Of a stretch of DNA of 32,000 nucleotides, positions 22,114 to 29,880 are shown piece after piece (the first letter of the stretch is position 1; every line of letters starts with the position of its first letter). The DNA is from Candidatus Saccharimonadota bacterium (GTDB lineage Bacteria > Patescibacteriota > Gracilibacteria > UBA1369 > 2-02-FULL-48-14). Where the stretch lies: NCBI GenBank assembly GCA_016699145.1, contig CP064962.1, forward strand, positions 360,001 through 392,000, given 5' to 3'. Position numbers and translations under genes: made by a program. A model generated the notes under the pieces. That model searched no databases, was not told the origin of the DNA, and worked only from the letters and a program-made list of their open reading frames with translations.

Positions 22114-23670
22114 ATGCGCAAAGGTTCAAAAATTCGCACTAGCCTGGTCATCGCTCTAGCGGCGCTAACAACAATGATTTGGGGAACTAAAAAAGCAGTG
22201 GAGTTTTCTGTAGAACCGAGCGGCGACAAAGACTGTGGTTTTATTTATTACCGTGAAACAGACGGTACAAAAGCAACTCAGATGGAGGTGACTTACGAAG
22301 GCGAAATGATCAATGACGCGAGTTGTCTCAATCAAACACCGATCTATGGCGTAGTGACGGTTAAGGATTCAACAGACATTTTCAATGCCCTCAGTTTTGC
22401 CAAAGAAAACGACCTGAAAATTTCACTGGCGGGCCAACAACACAGCATGGGTGGACAGTCTTTCATTCGAGGCGGCTTGATCTTAGACATGAAAGGGCTC
22501 ACTGCAATGGAGATGACGGAGTCCGGCACTTTAAGCGTTCAGTCCGGAGCCACTTGGGCTGAGGTACAAGAATTTTTAGATCCTATGGGGCTTTCCGTGA
22601 AAGCAATGCAGTCCATCAATATTTTTACGGTGGGAGGAACACTGAGTGTGAATGCTCACGGAACAGCACACAATCCAGGACAAGTAGGAGCTACAGTTCG
22701 TTCCCTTCAAGTCATGCTTCCTTCGGGCGAAATCGTGACCGCAAGTCTCACGGAAAACGAAGACTTATTCCGACACACATTGGGTGGCTACGGGCTATTT
22801 GGAATCATTCTGAGCGCAGAACTGGAAGTGGTGCCCAATATCATGCTGAACCATGAAATAGAATACATGGACTACAAAGATTTTCCTGCGTACTACGAAG
22901 CAAATATTGAAGGGGATGAGGAGAGTGAACTCTTCTTTGCACGACTTTCGGTTTCACCTTTTTCCTATCTCACCGAAACGGTGGTTCACGACTTAAAGCG
23001 CACCGATTTTGAAGGAGAGTTACCCCCCATGCAACCCGAGGAGCACACGACTTTCAAACGATTCGTTTTGAATTTTTCAAAGACAGGAAATCTAGGACGT
23101 TGGTTCCGCTGGATCTTAGAAAAACACGTGGATGCTTATCAACTGCCTTGCACTCGAAATACGGCCATGAGCCAAGCCGAGCAAATTTGTTTAAGCAGCC
23201 GAAATCAAAACATGTACGATCCAAGGGCTTATCTCAAAACCAATGTGCCGAGCACCGACATTTTACAAGAATACTTTTTGCCACATGAGCACTTTGTGGA
23301 GTTCATCGACGGTCTACGTGAAGTGGTGAAAAAAAACGACGCAAATTTACTGAATGCAACCATTCGTATTGTGAACAAAGATGAAATCAGTGCCCTACCC
23401 TACGCCAAGGGCGATCGTTTTGCCGTGGTTCTCTACTTCAATCAAAAACTAAGCGAAAAAGACAGTGAGACATTAGAAAAAACCACCCTCGATCTAATTG
23501 ATTTAGCGGAGAGTTTGGATGGAACTTTTTACCTCCCCTACCAGCTGTATTATTCAAAAGAGCAACTGCAGTTGGCTTACCCTGAAATTGACGACTTTTT
23601 TGCGGAGAAATTAGAGATGGATCCAGAAGAAATTTTGAGCAACAAATGGTATGAAAAGTACAAACAGTAG
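22114..23670 (+). CDS. membrane-anchored FAD-linked oxidoreductase (PCMH/FAD_binding_4 type)
   Basis: N-terminal TM (LVIALAALTTMIW). SLAGQQHSMGGQSF, SINIFTVGGTLSVNAHG and GGYGLFGIILSAELEV are typical of the FAD-binding domain of ALO/DprE1-like oxidases. Confidence 0.7.
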   Translation: MRKGSKIRTSLVIALAALTTMIWGTKKAVEFSVEPSGDKDCGFIYYRETDGTKATQMEVTYEGEMINDASCLNQTPIYGVVTVKDSTDIFNALSFAKENDLKISLAGQQHSMGGQSFIRGGLILDMKGLTAMEMTESGTLSVQSGATWAEVQEFLDPMGLSVKAMQSINIFTVGGTLSVNAHGTAHNPGQVGATVRSLQVMLPSGEIVTASLTENEDLFRHTLGGYGLFGIILSAELEVVPNIMLNHEIEYMDYKDFPAYYEANIEGDEESELFFARLSVSPFSYLTETVVHDLKRTDFEGELPPMQPEEHTTFKRFVLNFSKTGNLGRWFRWILEKHVDAYQLPCTRNTAMSQAEQICLSSRNQNMYDPRAYLKTNVPSTDILQEYFLPHEHFVEFIDGLREVVKKNDANLLNATIRIVNKDEISALPYAKGDRFAVVLYFNQKLSEKDSETLEKTTLDLIDLAESLDGTFYLPYQLYYSKEQLQLAYPEIDDFFAEKLEMDPEEILSNKWYEKYKQ

Positions 23671-23689
23671 ATTTACTAAACACCACCCC

Positions 23690-24481
23690 ATGATTCAAGT
23701 TAAAAATTTATCCAAAAAATTCGGCGACATCACCGCCGTCAACGACATCACCTTCGAAGTAAAGTCGGGTGAAATCTTTGGTTTCCTTGGTCCAAACGGA
23801 GCCGGAAAGTCCACCACCATCAAAATCCTCACCACCTTGCTCTCCCCCAGCGAGGGCCACGTGACTTTAAACGGCCACGACCCCGAAAAAGACGCGGATG
23901 CGGTGAGGCGCTGTTTTGGAATCGTCTTCCAAGATCACAGCCTGGATGACGAGCTCACGGCCTACGAAAACATGGAACTGCACGGCATCCTTTACGATGT
24001 GCCCGCTGTGACTCGCAAAAAACGCATCGATGACCTGCTGCGCTTCGTGGACCTCTTTGACCGAAAAGGCGACCTCGTGAAAGAGTACTCCGGAGGAATG
24101 AAACGTCGCCTCGAAATTGCACGCGGACTCCTGCACCATCCCAAAATCATCTTTCTCGACGAACCCACGCTCGGGCTTGATCCTCAGACCCGCAATCACA
24201 TGTGGACCTACCTCAAAAAATTGAACAAGGAAGAAGGCACGACGGTCTTCTTCACCACTCACTACATGGAAGAAGCGGAAAAAAACGCGCAGCGCATCTG
24301 CGTGATCGATCATGGAAAAATCATCGCCTCCGGCTCCCCTGCTGAGCTCAAAAAGCAAACCGAAACCGACTCGCTGGAAGACGCCTTCCTCAAACTCACC
24401 GGGAACGCCATCCGTGACGAAGGCGCTTCCACCGCCGACATGAACCGTGCCATGGCCCGCATGTGGGGTGCACGTAAATAA
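23690..24481 (+). CDS. ABC transporter ATP-binding protein (ABC-2/DrrA-like)
   Basis: Walker A GPNGAGKST, signature YSGGMKRRL, Walker B IIFLDEPTLGLD, H-loop TTHYMEEA. I prefer ATG 23690 over 23651, which overlaps the upstream gene. Confidence 0.9.
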   Translation: MIQVKNLSKKFGDITAVNDITFEVKSGEIFGFLGPNGAGKSTTIKILTTLLSPSEGHVTLNGHDPEKDADAVRRCFGIVFQDHSLDDELTAYENMELHGILYDVPAVTRKKRIDDLLRFVDLFDRKGDLVKEYSGGMKRRLEIARGLLHHPKIIFLDEPTLGLDPQTRNHMWTYLKKLNKEEGTTVFFTTHYMEEAEKNAQRICVIDHGKIIASGSPAELKKQTETDSLEDAFLKLTGNAIRDEGASTADMNRAMARMWGARK

Positions 24482-24542
24482 CAAGCGAACCCGAAGGGTT
24501 TGCTAAGCAATAACGTGGCGTAGCCACAACAACATAACAACC

Positions 24543-25271
24543 ATGAAAAAAATCTACATTCTTTGGCTCCGCGAAATCAAACGCTACCTGCGCTCCAAGT
24601 CCCGCATGGTGGGTTCTCTGGCTCAACCTCTGCTCTATTTGCTCGCCCTGGGCTATGGCTTTGGCAGCGTGTTTCAACAAGCAGGAGAAGGCAATTACCT
24701 CAATTTTCTGGCACCCGGAATCATTGGAATGAGCATCATTTTTACCGGAATTTTTTCGGGAGTGGCCGTGATCTGGGATCGCCAATTCGGCTTCCTTAGA
24801 GAAATGGTCGTGGCTCGTACTTCACGCCTCAAACTCATGATGGGCCGAACCTTAGGAGGAGCCACCATCGCCACTCTTCAAGGGGTGTTGGTACTTGCAC
24901 TTTCCATCCTCTTCGGCTTCCGACCCGAAAGCTGGCTCGGCATCCTTCCTTCTATTTTGATCATGTTCCTCCTCGCCCTGCTCTTCACTTCTTTGGGAAT
25001 CATGATCGCTTCCCTTCTCGAAGACATGCAAGGCTTTCAACTCATCATGAACTTCCTCGTGATGCCGCTCTTCTTTTTTTCAGGAGCCCTCTACCCGCTC
25101 GAAGGCTTGCCCAAGGTGCTCGACATCATCGCCAAGATCAATCCACTCTCCTACGGAAACGATGCCCTGCGCGGCGTACTGATTGAAAACAGCCATTACG
25201 GACTCGGCCTCGACCTCGCGGTGCTTGCCGGATTTTCGCTGATCTTCTTAGCGCTGGGGACTCACTTTTAA
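24543..25271 (+). CDS. ABC-2 type transporter permease
   Basis: 242 aa with about 6 hydrophobic helices, immediately downstream of the ABC-2-like ATPase. FGFLREM and NPLSYGNDALRG are typical of this family. Confidence 0.8.
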   Translation: MKKIYILWLREIKRYLRSKSRMVGSLAQPLLYLLALGYGFGSVFQQAGEGNYLNFLAPGIIGMSIIFTGIFSGVAVIWDRQFGFLREMVVARTSRLKLMMGRTLGGATIATLQGVLVLALSILFGFRPESWLGILPSILIMFLLALLFTSLGIMIASLLEDMQGFQLIMNFLVMPLFFFSGALYPLEGLPKVLDIIAKINPLSYGNDALRGVLIENSHYGLGLDLAVLAGFSLIFLALGTHF

Positions 25272-25355
25272 GAAGATTCAGATTTAAAAAAGGGCCTCTA
25301 GACATTGCAAATGCCCTAGTGGATAATCAGTACTCCACGTAAAATCGATAAGACC

Positions 25356-26354
25356 ATGAAAAAAATCCACGTCCTCTTTTCACTGCTGATCCTCGCTCTT
25401 TCCGTAAACTTTGCAAGTGCTCAAACAATGGAGCGTACAAAGATCATCAACAATTCCGTGGTAAAGATTCAAAATCTCAGAGCTCAAAAGCTTGTTTACG
25501 ACGAAACAGTATGGCCCGTAGACGAATTCAATCTAGTCTCCATGTTCGGGCCTCGATCTCAATCAGGTTCCTATGACTTCCATCGAGGGATCGACATTTC
25601 AGGAACTCTAGGTGATCCCGTCTACTCGATTGCCGACGGTGTGATCTACCGTGCCTACGAGGCCGATGATCCAAACAATCCATACAAAAACAGCGGCAAT
25701 ACAATCGTCGTCATGCATGAGGCGGATCTAGAATTTCCCTTCCATGATGGCACCTACACCAAATATTTTTCGCTCTATGCTCACTTAGACTCTCTGTCAG
25801 TTGAATTGGAATCAGGAGACGGAACTTATCAAAACATTTCCAAAGGAGATTTAGTGGGAACCCTGGGACAGTCCGGAACAGCCACTTTCCCTCACCTCCA
25901 CTTTGAAACAAGAATCGCGACCTTGTGCACTCAGCAAACCCAAGAAGACAACCCAAACATGAGCTGTGCCAGCACGTTTTCTCAACCAAGAGATCCCCAC
26001 GTTAACCCTCTCCTTTTCTTGGAATATCCCGACAATAACAGCACTCTACTCAAAATAAAGAGCGAAAATCCTTTGCAATTATTGGTGAGTTTTGAAGATG
26101 AAGAGATGGATTTCAACCAATTGATCGTCACTCGAAATGGTGAGCAAAAAGTCATCAACTTCAATCTCCGCACAGGAATAGATCCAGAAAACATCGACAA
26201 TCCAAGTTACAACGGAGTCACGATCACCACCTTTCCATTCACAACAAAGAATCCACGACACCGATTGCAATTCGACATTCCATCTTTCGACGGTTACGAC
26301 ACCATCGAGGTCACAGACATTTGGGGACACGGCTTCAAATGGACCCGCCAGTAA
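25356..26354 (+). CDS. secreted M23-family metallopeptidase (intact)
   Basis: Signal peptide MKKIHVLFSLLILALSVNFASA. FHRGIDISG (HxxxD), YAHL and FPHLHFE (HxH). Confidence 0.85.
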   Translation: MKKIHVLFSLLILALSVNFASAQTMERTKIINNSVVKIQNLRAQKLVYDETVWPVDEFNLVSMFGPRSQSGSYDFHRGIDISGTLGDPVYSIADGVIYRAYEADDPNNPYKNSGNTIVVMHEADLEFPFHDGTYTKYFSLYAHLDSLSVELESGDGTYQNISKGDLVGTLGQSGTATFPHLHFETRIATLCTQQTQEDNPNMSCASTFSQPRDPHVNPLLFLEYPDNNSTLLKIKSENPLQLLVSFEDEEMDFNQLIVTRNGEQKVINFNLRTGIDPENIDNPSYNGVTITTFPFTTKNPRHRLQFDIPSFDGYDTIEVTDIWGHGFKWTRQ

Positions 26355-26379
26355 AAGTGTTCATACCACCGCTCACACC

Positions 26380-26736
26380 ATGAATATCATCGCCCGCATT
26401 CTTCAAGTTGTTTTAGGACTTTGGCACCTGATGGGTGGCATTTACGAGTCTCAAAACCATCAAATACTGCTCAATAAATGGGCCTTAGAAGCTGCGCCTT
26501 TCTTTGTTTGGATGAGCCTCGGTATTGTACAAATTGTACTTTCAGTTTTGCTCGTTGTTTCCCTCCCAAAGAAGCTCAAAACCGTAGCGGCTGTTTCAGC
26601 CGTGGGCCTCGCTCTCATCGACCTCTTTGGAATCGCCATCTATTCCACCTACGTGGGCATCGGCATGCTGTGGGCCATCATCCCGGCTGTGGTGCTTATT
26701 TTTATTGCTTACTGGAGAAGAACAAGAAGCCTCTAG
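26380..26736 (+). CDS. small 4-helix membrane protein, hypothetical
   Basis: 118-aa hydrophobic ORF. Its TAG stop (26734-26736) lies inside the left terminal repeat of the MITE-like element. Confidence 0.55.
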   Translation: MNIIARILQVVLGLWHLMGGIYESQNHQILLNKWALEAAPFFVWMSLGIVQIVLSVLLVVSLPKKLKTVAAVSAVGLALIDLFGIAIYSTYVGIGMLWAIIPAVVLIFIAYWRRTRSL

Positions 26737-26944
26737 AGGCTATCTCAAAAAAAGGGAAGAGCAAGAACGCAGAGTGTTTTAAGCTGAAAGAGCTGAAGAC
26801 GAAGGAGGCTTAGCTGGGCTAAGTCGACTGAGGATGAAGCTTTTGTAAGCAAAATAATCCAGTTCTTGCCTTTAAGAGTAGAAAGGACGGGCACGAAATC
26901 AGTGCCGTCCTAAATACTCTGGTCTTTTTTTGAGATAGCCTCTA
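26734..26944. mobile_element. MITE-like element, 211 bp, 21-bp perfect terminal inverted repeats
   Basis: TAGAGGCTATCTCAAAAAAAG (26734-26754) is the exact reverse complement of CTTTTTTTGAGATAGCCTCTA (26924-26944). If the repeats start at GAGGC, each is flanked by TA. Interior hairpins: GCTTAGC-tgg-GCTAAGC (about 26808-26824), AGGACG(G)GCAC-gaaatca-GTGCCGTCCT (26884-26911), and gcaagaac/gttcttgc. Confidence 0.5.
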
Positions 26945-26945
26945 T

Positions 26946-27812
26946 TCACTGCACATCGTAGAAGTGAGCGTACTCAGAACTCCAGGGATCGTCGCTCCAA
27001 AATAAGGTTTCAAAGTACTCGGTGTCTTCGTAAGTCAACGCTTCGTTGGAATCGTAATAACCGATGGTGTCGTCGTCCACCCAATCCACCGCAAAGTAAG
27101 GCCCGTTATTAGGCGTACAATCGGGCATCACAGGAAGATTGTACTTGCTCTTTTGAACGAGCTTCCCATCTTCAATCGTCAAAATAAAAACTTTAGACTC
27201 TTCAGGGTAGTTCACAGGATCAGATTCGTTGCGGGCAAGAATGCCCAACTTGGTCTGGCTCTCGTTCCAACCAAAGAAACGAAGTCCACTACACCAGGCT
27301 TCGCTATAATCCACCGCAGTGAAAGACATCAAAACAGTTTGAGTGCCTTCCTTCACATTGTAAGAGATCAGCTGCGACTCGTCATCCGACCAAGTGTCGA
27401 CGTAGAGCCAATATTTTTCATCCTTCGTCATGGTTTGCTGAAAAGAGGATCCACCAGGATTCGTACGGTCCCACAAAAAAAGCTCACCCACTTCATCGGG
27501 AACGCGCACTTCCCTTCCATCGAGCCATTCAAATTGAAGCCATCGATTATAAGGATCATCACAGAAGTAATACCCTGTCCCCACTCCATAAACTTCAGAA
27601 TAACCACCCGGACAATTTTCAACCATGGCCACTTCTTCACCTTCCCAAATAAGGTATTTGGTCAAACTAGTGGCAATGTGATCCCAATTTGTTGCAACAA
27701 AAGTTTCGTCTGCAAGCTCCTGCACTTCCTCAGCTTCTTCCACAATTGTCTCTTCTGGAGTACAAGCCGTGACCGTTAAAACAAGCAGCAAAAGAAAGAT
27801 AAATTTTGACAT
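26946..27812 (-). CDS. hypothetical acidic lipoprotein
   Basis: ORF trimmed to ATG 27812. MSKFIFLLLLVLTVTAC-TPEE is a signal peptide plus lipobox, followed by a Glu-rich linker. Confidence 0.6.
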   Translation of the reverse strand: MSKFIFLLLLVLTVTACTPEETIVEEAEEVQELADETFVATNWDHIATSLTKYLIWEGEEVAMVENCPGGYSEVYGVGTGYYFCDDPYNRWLQFEWLDGREVRVPDEVGELFLWDRTNPGGSSFQQTMTKDEKYWLYVDTWSDDESQLISYNVKEGTQTVLMSFTAVDYSEAWCSGLRFFGWNESQTKLGILARNESDPVNYPEESKVFILTIEDGKLVQKSKYNLPVMPDCTPNNGPYFAVDWVDDDTIGYYDSNEALTYEDTEYFETLFWSDDPWSSEYAHFYDVQ

Positions 27813-27910
27813 AAGAAATTTTAAACAAAGCAAGTATATACGAAGACTTCCATTTTTGTTACTTTTTAAGTATGAACCAGGAAAAGGACCCATTCAAATA
27901 ACCCATTTTT

Positions 27911-28438
27911 ATGTCTGAAACTCTCCTCAAAACCCTAAAGGCTCGCTTCGAAAAAAACATGCACCGTCACAAAGGGCTCGACTGGGCCAAAGTAGAAGCT
28001 AAACTGAAAGCCGATCCTAAAAAACTCGGGGCCCTCCAGCAGATGGAAGAAACGGGCGGTGAACCCGACGTCGTGGGCCAAGACAAAGGCAGATTTCTTT
28101 TTTACGATTGTTCCACCGAAAGCCCAGCGGGCCGCCGAAGTCTTTGCTACGATCCCGCAGCCTTGCATGCTCGAAAAGAGCACAAGCCCAAAAACAGCTC
28201 GATTGAAATGGCTGCCGACATGGGCATAGAACTCCTCACCGAAGAAGAGTACCGCGCACTTCAAGAACTCGGCAAATTCGACCAAAAAACTTCCAGCTGG
28301 ATCAAAACTCCTGCTGAAATTCGAAAACTCGGAGGCGCCCTTTTTTGCGACCGCCGTTACGACCACGTCTTCACCTATCACAACGGCGCGGAATCTTACT
28401 ACGCCGCTCGAGGTTTCCGTGGCTCACTGAGAGTTTAG
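27911..28438 (+). CDS. DUF4256-like protein
   Basis: 175 aa. RFEKNMHRH...WAKVEAKL...METGGEPDVV...YDCS.ESPAGRRSLCYD matches my recollection of the DUF4256 family. No function known. Confidence 0.6.
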   Translation: MSETLLKTLKARFEKNMHRHKGLDWAKVEAKLKADPKKLGALQQMEETGGEPDVVGQDKGRFLFYDCSTESPAGRRSLCYDPAALHARKEHKPKNSSIEMAADMGIELLTEEEYRALQELGKFDQKTSSWIKTPAEIRKLGGALFCDRRYDHVFTYHNGAESYYAARGFRGSLRV

Positions 28439-29817
28439 AGACCTCTCAAGAAATCCCACATTTCACCGCCTGTTTGACGAGGCCACGTGTGAGGATAATA
28501 CTCGCCTGAATATTCATCATAATCCACTCCATGAGGACAAAAGAGCACGGGGGCATCTTCCAAACAGCCGCGATATTCCACGCAATTGCCCCAAGTGGGC
28601 TCCACAGGATCGCTTTCGGTGGAACAAACATTCTGCTCCAAATAATCGTCGCGCGCAGCCAACCCTGAACTGAAGGAAGCCAGCGTGTCATCGGGGTTGT
28701 GCCACTGCATCGCCGCAACCGGCCCGCTGCACGTGCCGGTGCTGCGCGCACCTCCCAAAGTGGCGACTCCACGAAGCACGTCCCCGCGAGCGCAAGCCAA
28801 GCTGTTCACAAACCATCCGCCGAGCGAATGTCCCGCCGCATACACTTCATCGAGGTCGATACAATAGCTTTGCGTGAGCTCTTCAAACATCACATCAAAA
28901 AACGCATAATCACGCAAAGTGTCTGCTCTATCCCCAGAGTTGGACCAAGTGAAACTGGACCCACTACGAAGTCCAGCTGGATACACAAAAATCGCCTCTC
29001 CTTCTCCCGCACGTTCAAAGCCGTAATAACTCTTCACCAGTGTGTTTGGACTGGTTCGGCCATGAAAGGCAAAAAGCAGAGGGATGGGGGTGTTTTTATC
29101 ATAATGACTGGGCACCGAAACAATGGCCGCCCGCTCAATTCCATCCACCATAAAAGTGCTGGGAGCCGAACTGGGCGCATCCAAACCGCAACCCGCCGAA
29201 AGCGAGCGGCGCTCTCTGGAAAAATCCTGAACTCCACTGTAAAGCCGCAGCATTTGATGCACCATAAAAGCCATCTCATCGCGCTGAGCCAATTCATTTG
29301 GGAAATACGCATATTTGGAAAAAATCCCATTCACATGCACAAAATCGGCGTAAGGTTCATACCACTGTTCGCCCGCCTCGGCATGAGGCAATCCAAAAGC
29401 TTGGATCGAAATTTTAAAAGCCTCCACCAAATTCACCGACTGTTCAGGATGGTAAAGACCGTCGGGGTAACCTTGCGCAATGCCCAGCGCCTTTGCTCGG
29501 CACACATAAGGAGCAAACCATTCTTCTTTCACATCCGGGAAACAATTCAAATCCACTTCTTCTGTCGTTTCGCCCAAAGCCGCAAAGACAATCTTCAAAA
29601 ATTCCGCTCGATTCACCTGAGCTTCCGGACGAAAAGTACCGTCTCCATAGCCCTGCAAAACGCCCTGTTCTTGCAAAAACAAAATGCTTTCCACATAAGG
29701 ACTTTCTTCCACATCCAAAAAAGCAGCGTGCACGAAAGGAGTGGAAAAATTCCCAAACACCAGGAGCAGGCCCGTAAAAAGAGCAAAGATTTTTTTCACA
29801 GCAGGATTATACACCAA
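28435..29817 (-). CDS. cell-surface esterase: N-terminal signal peptide, SLH-domain pair, and C-terminal PHB-depolymerase/LpqC-like alpha/beta hydrolase
   Basis: Signal FALFTGLLLVFGNFSTPFVHA. SLH-like repeats FLDVEESPYVESILFLQEQGVLQGYGDGTFRPEAQVNRAEF and FPDVKEEWFAPYVCRAKALGIAQGYPDGLYHPEQSVNLVEAF. Hydrolase features FAFHGRTS and the nucleophile elbow AAGHSLGGW. Confidence 0.75.
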   Translation of the reverse strand: MVYNPAVKKIFALFTGLLLVFGNFSTPFVHAAFLDVEESPYVESILFLQEQGVLQGYGDGTFRPEAQVNRAEFLKIVFAALGETTEEVDLNCFPDVKEEWFAPYVCRAKALGIAQGYPDGLYHPEQSVNLVEAFKISIQAFGLPHAEAGEQWYEPYADFVHVNGIFSKYAYFPNELAQRDEMAFMVHQMLRLYSGVQDFSRERRSLSAGCGLDAPSSAPSTFMVDGIERAAIVSVPSHYDKNTPIPLLFAFHGRTSPNTLVKSYYGFERAGEGEAIFVYPAGLRSGSSFTWSNSGDRADTLRDYAFFDVMFEELTQSYCIDLDEVYAAGHSLGGWFVNSLACARGDVLRGVATLGGARSTGTCSGPVAAMQWHNPDDTLASFSSGLAARDDYLEQNVCSTESDPVEPTWGNCVEYRGCLEDAPVLFCPHGVDYDEYSGEYYPHTWPRQTGGEMWDFLRGL

Positions 29818-29831
29818 GTCAGGGAGACTTC

Positions 29832-29863
29832 AAAAAAGGGACTCCTTGCGGAGTCCCTTTTTT
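29832..29863 (-). terminator. intrinsic terminator (bidirectional shape) after the surface-protein gene
   Basis: AAAAAA-GGGACTCC-ttgc-GGAGTCCC-TTTTTT. Perfect 8-bp GC-rich stem with a tetraloop and a T6/A6 run on each side. It lies 18 nt past the stop at 29881. Confidence 0.75.
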
Positions 29864-29880
29864 ATTCAATGCTCTAACAA

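Noticed and set aside
23867-24785. Minus-strand ORFs 23867..24484 (205 aa), 24310..24540 and 24396..24785
   Set aside because: They are antisense to the ABC ATPase and permease genes, which have unambiguous Walker, signature and transmembrane features.
27153-27779. 208-aa plus-strand ORF
   Set aside because: It is antisense to the lipoprotein gene 26946..27812, which has a clear signal peptide and lipobox. No motif supports the plus-strand reading.
28699-29877. 392-aa plus-strand ORF
   Set aside because: It is antisense to the esterase/SLH gene, which has clear motifs. Its translation is low-complexity, Arg/Lys/His/Ser-rich, and has no motif. This is a typical shadow ORF.
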